From: Geosiphon pyriformis uo1 | Taxonomy: Eukaryota > Fungi > Glomeromycota | Direction: 5' to 3' | Assembly (NCBI GenBank): GCA_016748015.1 | Contig: JAAOMT010000445.1 | Coordinates: 310,001-374,000, forward strand | DNA length: 64,000 nucleotides | Shown: positions 1 through 12,295 of the stretch, one piece after another | How the letters are laid out: each line of letters starts with the position of its first letter | Numbering within the stretch: the stretch's first letter is position 1 | Notes under the pieces: model-generated | What the model saw: the letters and a program-made list of their open reading frames with translations, nothing else | Databases searched by the model: none | Told to the model about the DNA's origin: nothing | Translations under genes and position numbers: made by a program

Positions 1-3000
1 ATTGATAATTCCAATCACTAGAGACATCAATGACCACCTAATATAATTAAGTCCAATTCTCCATAATTACATTTACCTTAGACTTCACAAGATTAGACTC
101 CAAAATCAGCTCATTACCCACTACCAGATGGTCTAAAACTACTTTGCAGAAAGAGCATTCCAAAACACTCCTAATAGTATGACTCTTGTTTAACTCAAAG
201 CTTTCCATTCTTCTGTCAATTGCCAACCTGATCTGAGACTCTCTAGTATGATCTAATTCTAACAACTTAGACAAACAGTAAGATTTTCTGATTTTGGCCA
301 AAACTGACCAAATGGCATCAAAATGGAAACCTGAAAGAAAAAGAGACTTAACAACAGAGGCATTGGTAGAATCAAGACCACTCCATAAGCCAAGTAGAGA
401 AACAAACTCATCATGAGAAGCCAGACGCAAAGTCTTAACAATCCTCGACACCAAAAGTTCTAATTTGTGAAATCTAGAAGATGCCCTATTAAAAACACTG
501 TCATAGTCCTTAAACCATTTCTTCTTAAAAACACTTTCTGCTGACAAGCACACTACTTGGTGGAGAGCATTTTACATCGAGTCCAAATCTGAACTCCTCT
601 CAGTAGCACCAAACTTATCACAAAACATGGCAGTATTTGCAGTCATATCTTCTTTGAATTTAATCCACTTAGCACTATCAGCACTCATAAAATTATATTT
701 CCAACAATCTCTATTTGTCTGTTTACACAAAAAGTTCAGTTGTACATCCAGCAAACCACCAAGACCCATGGATACAGAAACAGCCTTATAATCAGTATCA
801 AAATAGTCATTGACAGCAGCCATACTATGATCTATTACCACACCAATCAAATTAGACGAAATAAACATGTAATTAATTGTCTTAGCGACACCATGAGAGT
901 TGTACTAAGTAGGTAACTTCACAGAAGAGCTCCCTTCCAGAGAGTTAACCAAACTCAAATTAAAGCATTTTTTGAGACTGGTGCACTTCCGAAAACTATC
1001 CTCATTGAAGTCACCACCAAGAATAACAAAAAAAGATTCATTAACAGCCCTCGTAATCAAGAAATTAATCTCGGCAGCTTGAGAAAACCAAGCAGTCAAA
1101 GAAGCATCAGCATAAAGTCCCAAAATAGAAACCAAAAGTTTGTTCTTAAAAAGTAACTTAATACAGAGAAGGCAGCCAGGAATCTCAGAAACCTTACTAA
1201 TATGCTTAGCTAAAGAATTGTCCAAAACCATCATAACACTAGCTTTAGTGTAGCCAGAGGCCAAATCAGAAGAGAAAACACAAACACCATTAAACTTGCT
1301 AGCCAACCAAGGACAAGCTTTATCCTTCAACTTTGTCTCCATAAGAATGAAAACCAAATTGCACAAATCTTTGTGCCAATGCACAATGTCTTCCTGTTTT
1401 GTGAAATTGTTTATATCTTGAACATTACATGTAGCTACTTTCCAAATGATGTCAGTCATTAAGAGGGAAGTGATCCAGAACCCAAACCAGCATTTTCCAA
1501 CCTGGCCAAAAGGCCCATAACAGTTTTCGAAAGAATATCCAAAGTATCTTTCAATTTAGAAACTGCTGACGAATTGTAAACAACCACCTCTGCAACAGTT
1601 CCACCACTAGTGGTCACACCCAAACTCTCACTCATCATTGTATCTGCCCCTTGATTCTGTGATGAAGGAGTCATCAATGGCTGACATCCAGAGCCATGCT
1701 GGAAAACTGTCAGTCTGAATGCATCCAACCTCTTGGCCAGCTTATTAATCTGCTCAGCAAGGCTGGCGAAACTGTACTCAAGAGTGGCAAACTTATTATT
1801 CACATCCAAAGAAAATTGAGGAAGAGGTACCACAGCCAATAGTGAACCACTACCAGGAGACAACAAAACCATGTAAGAATTGAGACCTTCAGCAACTTGA
1901 GCCCAAGTTTTACCAGTGAAAGACACAAGACAGGAGATAGGAGCCAGCTTTTTCTTATAAATGCCAACCAGACAAACCCAATCCTGATCAGAGAACACTC
2001 GTTTCCCACAGACACCAGAATTCCCACCCAAAGAACAGTTGATTGTAATATGACCAAATTGTTTGCATTAAGTGCAACTGGCCAAAAAAAAACCAGCTCA
2101 CTGCAAACTCATATCCTTGAAAACAGGAACAAAATCAATAGCAGCCAACTTGAATGTCTTACTCTCAAAACAAATAACCACACACCTATCACGAACATAT
2201 GAACTAGGATTTTGGCCAATAAAGCATGTTTTCCCACCATAAGCCTCCACCAACTCAAAAAGATCATATGCAGTAGTACCAACCAGAAGAGTGTACAACA
2301 AAGCACAATAACAGTCTCTTGAAATCCATAGCTTCTTGTTACTAATGGCCAAAGCAACATGCACAGAATCCTTACCCATGAGGACTGACCATTTAGACAC
2401 AACCAAACATGCAGTTTCAGTAAACTCAAATTCCACCAAAGCCTTCTGTCAAAGCCCAATTAATTACATCTTGATTGATATGATTTTGCCAAATTTGGAG
2501 AACACTGCTTCAATTGCTGATTTGGAAAGATCTAATGGGATCTCTTTGATGATTATTTCCCGATCTAAATGGTTGTTGATTTTTTTGAAATCATCATTCA
2601 CAATTATTTTTTCATTGATTGCCATTTCCCTGGCCTTATTCAAACTAGACCCATTTGTGAAAGTTGACCAAATAATACCAAGAAATTTTGAGAGAGTTGA
2701 AGCTTCCCCAAAACCATCAATTCTGTAAAAAATTTTCTTAATTGAAATCAACTTATCACTATTGGTCTTTCCAGGCACATTTGACAACTCTACATCCAAA
2801 GCAAACAATTTAACTGGTTCAGAGGTGCAATGTTCCAAAACACGTGAAATCACAGACGGCAGCCAATTGGATCCAGCAAATTTAGCTCCAGGAAGCACCA
2901 ACTTAGTATCATTGTCACTCATGCCTGTAAAAGAAATTGCCTTTGGCAGCTATTCCAAAATGAGGGTTCTTGTTTGTGTTTTCCTCAAAGTTGCATTGTC

Positions 3001-3470
3001 TTCCATTTCATCAGTCTCAGAAACATTGGAATCCATGTAATTTGTCTCCTTAGTAACTGCACTTTCCAAATTCTCAGCATCTGACACTTTACTAATACTC
3101 GCTTCCTCACTATCCACCTCACTTCTCCAAGATTTTTGCAGCCCAACACCATCACCATGTAGCATACCCACCAAAATCAGGCTGTCCGACAAGTCCATAA
3201 TGCCACCAAAGACACTAGGCAACTTTGTTTTTTTGTATGAAAAACCACGCAAATATACACTCTTAATACGCACTTTAATTTTTTTGCTGCCAGACCAGAA
3301 CCCCAACCCAGCCAAACTCGAACTCGAAGCACCAGCAGAAGAGCCCACTAAATCCATAAACACAAATAGAGGTATATTTGAAGAAATAATGAAAGGAACA
3401 AAGGAAAAAAAAGATAAGGAAAGCAATCTTTTTAACAACTCTAAGCTTTTATTGTGGTCAAGGGATTAAT
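1..3470 (-). mobile_element. Degenerate non-LTR (LINE) retrotransposon, 5' part: ORF1 (RRM-like x2 + CCHC knuckle) and start of ORF2 (APE endonuclease); runs off the window
   Basis: ORF1 pieces from ATG 3357: IIIKEIPLDLSKSAIEAVFSKFGKI (RRM-like), C-T-*-C-KQFGHITINC knuckle near 2040-2080. ORF2 from 1459: KVATCNVQDIN...LMETKL...ILGGDFNE (APE motifs). Many in-frame stops. Homologous to the 49-55 kb copy. 5' boundary approximate. Confidence 0.9.
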
Positions 3471-5189
3471 AAAAGAAAGAGTCTTTTTTTAAAATTATTT
3501 TTAATAATAATTATTATTATTATTTAAAAATTATTGATTTATCTATAAAAACCAATAAACTTAATTTTTATACAAAAAATAGATTAAATTATATTTATTT
3601 AAAGCTTAAAATACTTAAATAGTTGTATTACTAACTTAATTTATATATATTTTGGTTTTGTTAATTTGTAATAAGTTGTTTTTTGGAATTTATAAATTTA
3701 AAATTGAACTTAAAATTAAAATTAATTTAAATTAATTTAAAAAATAAGTTCAATTTTGAAATTTTTTTTTAATATTTATATTATTAATTTGATAAAATAT
3801 TATATAATTAATATTTATATATACTTATATTATCTATATATTAATATTTATATAAAAATACAAATATTTTATTATATTTAATATAACTAATTAATAAATT
3901 TATAATAAATTTATAATAAGTTTACATATTAGTATTAATATATATATATATATATTTTAAAAAGATATATATAACATTTATATATAATGTATTAAGTTTT
4001 TTTATTCATAAATTGTTAAATAATACTAATTTAAATTCAAATAGAAATATTAAAATTTTGAAACCAATTTAGAAATTTTGAAATAATTTCGAAAATAATT
4101 TAAAATTTTAAAAAAAATCTTTGGTTTATAATAAATTAAAACTGGTTATTTTAATTTATTTTATTGTATTTAATTAAATCTTATATATAAACAGATAAAT
4201 ATAAACAATATTAATATAATTAATAAACATGTTAACAAAAAAAAATTATTTATTATTAATAAAGTATTTTACAAATATTATATTTAATAGAATCCAAATT
4301 ATTTAATTTTATAAAGCCTTTTAAAAAACAGAAAATGTATAAAATAAGCAAAAATATTTTATTAGAATAATTATATACATGAATCAATTATAATATTAAT
4401 ATATAAAAATATGAATTAAATTTAAAGATTAAAGATAATTATTTACATTTTAATTTAACTTTTATTTTAAGAATGAACATATTATCTTGTTTTTATAATA
4501 TTTATGCTTACTTTTTTATTCTTAATTAAAGATGATATTATGATCAGAAAAACACTTTTATATTTGACACAAAAATTAAATAATAATTAGTAAAGTAATA
4601 TATTAAGAGTGTGGCCTATATGATGTTTATTTTATTAAAAATATGTTTCTATTTGTTAACTCTTAAAGACTGCTAACTTTGTAAATATTTTGCATGACAA
4701 ATCATTCAATTGATATATATGTGTAATCGACTACTAAGAAGGTCAGCTTTATAGCTATATACATATATTTTGTTATACCAAACGACAGTTATACAACAGT
4801 AAACCCCCATACCACAAAAAAGATAAAGCCTGGAGTTGGACGGATTAAATTTCCATTACAGTAATAAAATTATGTGCGCGTTCTGTTTTTGAACACCGAT
4901 CACTTTGTTAAGAAATTGATGCACAGTTAAAAGTGTGAAAGCGAAATCTTTATTTTTGTAAATAAATTATTAAGAAGAAACCCAGGGCAAGCTAACTGAT
5001 ACAAATAATAAGTGATTGAGTAACATATATGGTAATTAAATCAAAGCTGCAGGAGGTGGGAGTTTCAATATTGAGATAACTTTTTGAGGTGACGAATTTG
5101 ATAATCTATGATAGGATCGATTTATCGGTGTAGATGGCGCATTTAACTTCTCAATAGCGTGGTTAACTCTTTTCTGAAAGAAAGAATGA

Positions 5190-5190
5190 A

Positions 5191-5238
<48 letters not shown>

Positions 5239-5239
5239 A
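5190..5239. repeat. (AAAG)n microsatellite forming the polypyrimidine tract of the last intron of the minus-strand pseudogene
   Basis: About 12 consecutive AAAG units. Confidence 0.95.
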
Positions 5240-7813
5240 TCAGAGGTTATACTTTGGTGTAATTACAAAAGATCATTATACTCTTACCAATAGGCTATAA
5301 AAATTCGAAATAACTGGGATAATAGTTAAAAAATTGGCATGTTCAGTTGGCAAGGTCATTTTTCCGATTTGGTTAAGACGGTATACACCATTAAATTTGA
5401 GATCCATGCTAAATAATTTAACATTAGAACCTATTGAATTTATATATAATTAGCTTGGTAAACTGATCGTTAGGTTTAGTAAAATTATGATAGAGAACTT
5501 GCCATCAATGAGTATGCCAAATGTTTCAAATCCCGTTTTGTTGCCTATATCATCAAGGGATCCCTTCATGAACTCGGCAAGTTTTATCAAAGCTTTATTC
5601 ACAACATTATTAGGTGTAGATGGGGGTTTTATTTCTCCATAGGTGATTTCGTGTTTTTTATTACCTTTACTGAAGAGAAGCCGAAAATCGGGTTTCCTTC
5701 CGTGTGTGTGATTGTCAGATTTCCGTCAGTTTTTAGAGCTTAAAGACTCTCCATTGGCCCTTGAATTACAAATTTAAAGAAACAATAAATATATATTAAA
5801 TAGTTGCATTATGAAGATTTCAAACACATTAAACTTACCAAACGAATTTATAATCATCTGTGTTAAAAACTTCCTCCAACAACAAATGGAGATACCTATG
5901 AGCGAAAGTATCTTCGTCCATTTTATGATCGATATCATTTGATGTTAAGGTCAAGAAACTACAGAATATATAGCCATAAGAATAACAATAATGGTAACTG
6001 TAAATTCTTCATTAGGTTTAAACTTACAAGTTTCTCATAACAAGTTGTACGCAGTCAAATATTTTTTTCTCTTCATCTGTCATTGTAGGATCCCATTTCG
6101 CCCAGTTTTGGTGCCATTTGTTAATTAACAAATGCTTATCGGCTAGAAGCTAAACCACAAATAGGAATAAATTATTACTTTCGTTAATTGCTTATTACAA
6201 TGTTCTCAATACCCAAGAAAGTCATTACCGTGCTATACTCCACAATAATGAGCTGAACAACAACTGGCAAGGTTATGGGTATTAGCTGTCTAGGTAATGC
6301 GTTCTTCCAGATCTGATTAGAGCATTGGATATATTCTGGTTTATCTTCTTTGACATACATTATCGAGGAGAGACATCTGCAATTATATGCAAAAGTTAAA
6401 TATTGAAAAAAAAGCCTATGCATTGTTTGACAAGATACCTACAATATTTGGTCAACATCCGTTGCATACGAGAAGGATGGGTTGCTCTTCAATAGTTCCA
6501 CTGCTTGTGTTTGGAACTTACAAAAGTTTTCAGAAATATTGTATCCGTTCACGATCCACTATAGGCAAAAGATCAATGATTAATGTAGAAACTGGGAAGA
6601 AATTTTTTTTCAATACTCACATCATGATCCGAATTACGATCAATTGTAATTTTCTCAATAACGTGCTCCCATGAAAGGATCATCTTTTGCTGTTAAATCA
6701 ATGAATATTCAAGAATTTGCTAGTTATTTTGAAAAACCATACAAATGATAACTTAATACTTTACCTTTTTGGATTTATTCGAAAGAGAAGAAGAAACAAT
6801 AAACTTCACATCATCATCATCCGTATCATCATCATCATTCTGAAATATATGTAACATATAGATTAGTGATGTTTGATCATTTCTATTTACCTCGACATAA
6901 GGTGATTTTTTCTCAATATTTACAATATTCTCAGTAAGCTTATCAATATTTTCGAACTCATCACTGGTTGATTGGGCAGCGTCAACAACAATCTTTTTGT
7001 TACTTGATTTATTTCGTTTAGCATCCTTAGCTGAGATTTTACTTCCGGCATCTTCCATTGATCTATGCTTTCTGGTCTTTGTTTTGACATCTTTAGCAAC
7101 ATCAGGAGGAGTTTGGAATAAAATTTCTATCTCATCCTACAGAAATATAAAGTCAGTATCACAATACAAATTAGAAAAGAGCTTATGCACCTCATATGAC
7201 AAACAGAATGAAAAAAAAACATTACTGGAGAGGCCTCAGTTGATGCATCCTCAACTTCAGTTGATTCTTCATTGTAATCATTAAAAAAATTATCCTTGCT
7301 GTTATAACACGGAGGAGGAGTGGTATTGCGAAGGTTGGGAGGAGGTATAATAACAGGAGAAGGCTCTTCAGCTGGTCGTTTTTTGGTATTTTCTGCTCCT
7401 GTTATTGTCTGTGAATAATATATTAGTAAAGGTAAACGAATGTTTATTATCAACAATATTTCATACCAATGTATCGTTAACATTTTTAATAGCCGAGTGA
7501 ATGTTTCCAATTGTTGTTGTAAGAGTTTTTGTGGAGATACTTATCAACGAACTAGTAGCTTCAACCTGCAATCAGTAAAGGAAATAAATTAATATAGAGC
7601 TCAACTTCCATTAGAACAAGCAAGTAAACTATAACCTCTGCAGCCTGTAACTGATCCTGTAGCTGTTCATTTAGTTCAATTTTATTCCAAAAAGCGTTGA
7701 CATCGCGAAAAGTATTACGATGGTCCCTAAAAAATAAAGAATTAATATGATTAGTTAAAGTATGGTCTCTATTGGTCCACGCGGAATTAATACACTGCAG
7801 AAAGCAGGTACAA

Positions 7814-7932
7814 CGGACATTCCGACCGTAAGGTAGACAGCATTCCACTGTCCACCATAGTTGTAAGGGTTCCATTTTCCAATAGCGGACATTCCGACCG
7901 TAAGGTAGACAGCATTCCATTGTCCACCGTAG
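7814..7932. repeat. Two-copy direct repeat (47 bp core, 72 bp period) inside intron 1 of the pseudogene
   Basis: CGGACATTCCGACCGTAAGGTAGACAGCATTCCA(C/T)TGTCCACC(A/G)TAG at 7814 and 7886. Confidence 0.95.
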
Positions 7933-8806
7933 CTATAGGAGCTCCCTCTGCTAATAACTTATGCAGAAAATAATTATAAAAAATAAAAAATAAAAAATAA
8001 AATACTTTACTTTACTTAAAAATTTTGATCAGCCGACTAGCAATTTCCTTTGATTCCTCCGAACCATCCTTCATGAGATTGTTGAGATCCATTTGGAGTT
8101 TGTAGGATTCCTTCTGAAAAGAGAAGGTAAAGTCCACTTGCTTCGAACGGTATTCATAAAAGCCCAGAAAACGATATTTTTTAGGATCGGTTTCATTAAA
8201 GTAAGCACACCACCACTTGCTAGACATTTTTTCTTAATTATTATGCAATCTGGGAACTACTCACGCGCTTATATAGCATAGTAAAAATTTGTTTTTTGAT
8301 CGACCATCACGATCAACAATTATAGATGTTGGGCGAAATTGTTTTTGAAAAAATTAAGCAATTTCGGGATTTACAATGTTTTTTATAATAAAGGCCATCA
8401 AAAAATAATCTAGCATTTCGGCTACTGAGTTAATGAACCTAAATAGTTTGGGATATAATTTCGACAATTAATAAAATTAACTTTGGTTACTATGAGAAAC
8501 TATTTCAGCATTTCGGACTTGGTGAAGATCATTTATTAAAGAGAAGAAATTTCAGCTAACATCTATAATCAACATCGAAATTTCATATGTAAAAATTCAA
8601 GTCATATAACTTTATACCATTTTTTTATACCCTTACCATATAATAATCTTCTTCAAATTTAACATACAGTTTCTTTATGATATATTTTTCATTTTGAAAA
8701 ATTTCAAAAAGTCTTATTAATAAAACAATGAAAAATCTTAATTTTCGAAAATTTGCTAGAATTTACAATTTGGTAATAATTTAATTAATTTATATATGTA
8801 ATAAAA

Positions 8807-8807
<1 letters not shown>

Positions 8808-8858
<51 letters not shown>
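8808..8858. repeat. (AAT)n microsatellite in AT-rich block
   Basis: Long TAA/AAT run; similar runs near 18820-18860, 44480-44520 and 47150-47225. Confidence 0.9.
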
Positions 8859-8861
<3 letters not shown>

Positions 8862-9411
8862 TTATTAACTTTATAATAATATTTATAAATTATATAATAT
8901 AATTTAAAATTTTTTTATAAACATTCAAATTTTTAAATTTTATAAATTATAATAAAAATTTAAATCAAACAAATTTTTTAATTAATTATATTTTAATATA
9001 ATTAAAAAAAACACAAAAAAGTATTTTTAATATTATTTTAAATATATTATATAATGTTTATTTTTTAGATGATTTTTACAAATTATTTTTATAACTTATT
9101 TGTAATATTTTATATAAAGATTTAAATTTTTATAACTAATTTTAAGCTTATATTACAATATTTAATTGGCTTAAAAATAAAAAATTAATTTTTTTTCTTT
9201 TTTTATATTACTTAAAAAACTATATTACTTAAAAAACTATAATATTTAAAAAAATGTAATTTTATTTATTTATTATTTATAAATTTTATATAATTATTAA
9301 CAATTATTATATTTATAAATTTTTTTTGAAAGTAAACAAAATTTTTTTATGAAAAACAGATATAGAATTTTTTGTTAATTATTTTAAAAAAGCAATTTAT
9401 AAGTTTTTTAT

Positions 9412-9449
<38 letters not shown>

Positions 9450-11313
9450 ATTTTTAAAAATTTGTTTAAATAATATTTTTTTGTTAATATAAATTTTAAT
9501 AATGTTAATTTTTTGTATATGTTAAATTTTTCAATAGAAATTATTAATATTTTTTTAAAAAAATTTGTATTTTATAATTAATATAAAGCTAATTTTATTG
9601 AATTATTAATTAATTTTTAAAAAAAACATAAAAAACATAAAAAACAAATTAAATTTATAAGATTATAATTAATAAAAAATTATTAAAATGATTATATACT
9701 TTGACATATTACAATATTAGCATAAAAAATTCAAAATTGTTTTGGTAATTTAATTTTAAAACAATAATTTGATTTTATTAAGAAAGATAACTGAATTTTT
9801 TTTAATATTAAATAAAAGTTATAAAAATTATTTACTAAAAAAGAAAATTTTAATAAAAAAATAATTACAAAATAAATTAATAAAGCTTTATAAAAAAATA
9901 AACTAAATATAATATTTAATAATAATAAAAATGTTAACATATCATAAAAATAAAAATTAAATAATAGAAAAAATATTAAACCATTACAAAAAAAATTTAA
10001 TAATGTAAATTTTAAAAAAATAACAGATTTTATATTTAATATTCTTGAAAAATTAGAAGAAACTAAGAAAAATAACAAGAAAAAAATATTTAAATTAGCT
10101 ATGAATAAAAATGAATACATAACAAAGTTTTGAAAAATAGTAAAAACAAAAGAAAAAAAAGAACTTAACTCTTTAATTTACAAATTTAATGTTTGATATT
10201 GTAAGTTGAGAATTTGGAATTTTTTTATTATATATTATAATAAGCTAATAATTTTGTCTATTTTTGTATTTACAGAGTTTGAAAATGAAAAATCAAGGAG
10301 ATTAAAAATAAGAGGTATGTGTAATGAAAATTGGCAATGTAACAGATAGAATAAGTTTTCACATGTTATGTCGACTTTTAGTCAGTATGGGTATGCATTT
10401 CAGTCTGGGAGCTGATTGTTCCGAGGGTGGGATTAAGTTGGCATTTGCATGGAGATGTAATTATATAATTACTATTATTTAAAAGAGTATAGTCTCATTG
10501 GCTTAACTAAGGATAAACGAAGCTACTTATTCTGTCAGATACTTCTAACTGCTCAATTTTATTAATTTTCTGCATATTGGAAATTGTTGGCAAAGATCTG
10601 CATATAAGGTTTTGTTCCAACAATTTCTAACCACTTTTTAATCTTTATTTCAGATATGGAAATCAACACGGCATATATTATTGACATGCCAATCAACAAT
10701 CAACATGTAATGTACTATTTTATGCTCTACAGAAATACTATTTTTATTCCAATACAAAAAATATAAAGTATATTAAATTATACTTTGATTATAGGTCAAA
10801 CCATTTTAAACTCGCGATTAACGAAAAACTTGAGACTTTGAATGGCTGGGCATGACGATCCGACTTACCAAGAATTCATTTTCATAACATTATAATTTAA
10901 TGGAATTTTTTTTTTTCCAGACATTATTTGATTCTTTCAAAATATCATCACAAATCCTTAGTATTGTCTATTATAATCCATCTGTAAAGTCCCCAAACTG
11001 ATAACGTAGAAGGCTGTCTATTTTTGGTAGTGATCCGTTTTACATCCATCTATAATTATAAAAAGGTTTCAACTTGTTTTACAATACTTCCCCTCTTTAA
11101 AACGCAACTGACTTAATCTCTTTTGCAATAAAATTTTTGCAACTATTTTTGAGAAATCATTTAAATATTATTAAAGTTTTAAGGTAAGGAATTAAAACAT
11201 GATTTTCAATGAATATTTTGTTGCAGATAAGAAACATACTGTCGTTCTATTCGTAGGAACCTTGTGTGTTTTTACTAGTCAGCTTTCATTCGTTGCTGTA
11301 TCAGATTTAGAAG

Positions 11314-11820
11314 ATGGCTGAATATAGACCACTCAACGTTAAAGACATCTCATCGTATCTCGGCAGGTTAAAAGTCCAATTTTCAGATCTGCCAGAAGTA
11401 TATAAACGCTTTCTGGATATAATGAAAGATTTCAAAAATCAAACTACCGGCACACCTGGAATAATAGAACTAGTTGCTAGGATGGCAAAATATTGGAAAC
11501 CTGTGATCGATGTGGTCTCCACTGTTATTTTAGTTTCATATGTTTGTCCGCTGCTATTCGTTGCTGGGGTTTATATTATGGGATTCAGAAGAGGTGGAAT
11601 TGCCCCTGGATCTTTGGCAGCCATGTTCATGAGTTCGTATGATGGGAATGTTCCCTCTCATAGTATATGCGCAGTTCTGCAATCTATTGGTGCAGGCGAT
11701 ATGGGAAAGATAATTATATGGGGTTTGTTTGGGTTAGCCGGTTTAGCTTATAAATACCAGAAAACAAGATTTATCAACTTAATTAATCACATTGTAATAT
11801 ATTTTATACACAGTATGTAA
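11314..11820 (+). CDS. Chimeric protein: Sin3-type PAH domain fragment fused to an IFI6/IFI27 (ISG12)-like membrane domain
   Basis: aa 4-55 YRPLNVKDISSYLGRLKVQFSDLPEVYKRFLDIMKDFKNQ..TPGII resembles Sin3 PAH1; aa ~88-128 GFRRGGIAPGSLAAMFMS...GNVPSHSICAVLQSIGAG matches the Ifi-6-16 signature. Intronless CDS; candidate 5'UTR intron near 11184-11226. Confidence 0.75.
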   Translation: MAEYRPLNVKDISSYLGRLKVQFSDLPEVYKRFLDIMKDFKNQTTGTPGIIELVARMAKYWKPVIDVVSTVILVSYVCPLLFVAGVYIMGFRRGGIAPGSLAAMFMSSYDGNVPSHSICAVLQSIGAGDMGKIIIWGLFGLAGLAYKYQKTRFINLINHIVIYFIHSM

Positions 11821-12295
11821 GTGCTTTTGACTGCTGTCGCCAATGGAATTGTTTTCTTTCTCTTTTGTTAATAGTTGTTTACTTTGCTCCAATTCAGTTC
11901 TTTAATCGGGCTTATTATCTGCATTCTTTAGACAGTTATCATTTTTGCCATTTTATAACTAGAATCCAGATAATTGTCATTTTTCTTTTCTTCATATTTT
12001 TCGTAGCTTTTTGCCTTTTTAGCTTCTAATTTCTTCATTAACTTTATTATTAAATAAATGGGCTTTGGTAAAGATAAACAAAATATTTAAATTGTCAGGT
12101 AATCTGGTAATTTGATTTTTTAGGCTTTTATTGCTTTTCGTAAAATAACTAGCGATATTTATTTTGATTAACTAATATAAACAATTAATTTTATTAATTT
12201 ATAGATTATCTTTATTGTTTGATATAATTATACGTATATTATTATCAAAATTAAAAATATCAAAATCACGAGGGAATTTTATATCCTACTCAAGT

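Larger units (their letters stand above)
5036..8227 (-). pseudogene. Multi-exon gene of an expanded fungal family with C-terminal PD-(D/E)XK restriction-endonuclease-like motifs; premature stop
   Basis: Exon 1 MSSKWWCAYFNETDPKKY...; GT-AG introns (e.g. 7727-8015); late exon ANGESLSSKN*RKSDNHTHGRKPDFRLLF...YGEIKPP...KLAEFMKGSLD (PD...ExK); TGA at 5726-5728; GC-AG intron 5431-5502; TAA at 5036-5038. Confidence 0.7.

Noticed and set aside
7561-7920. ORF with duplicated ECCLPYGRNVR peptide
   Set aside because: The repeated part falls in the predicted intron 7727-8015; only DHRNTFRDV... onward looks exonic.
9731-10120. 129 aa F/L/I/N-rich ORF (also 22536-22745, 47279-47539, 48366-48557)
   Set aside because: Compositional artefacts of AT-rich DNA with no motifs.
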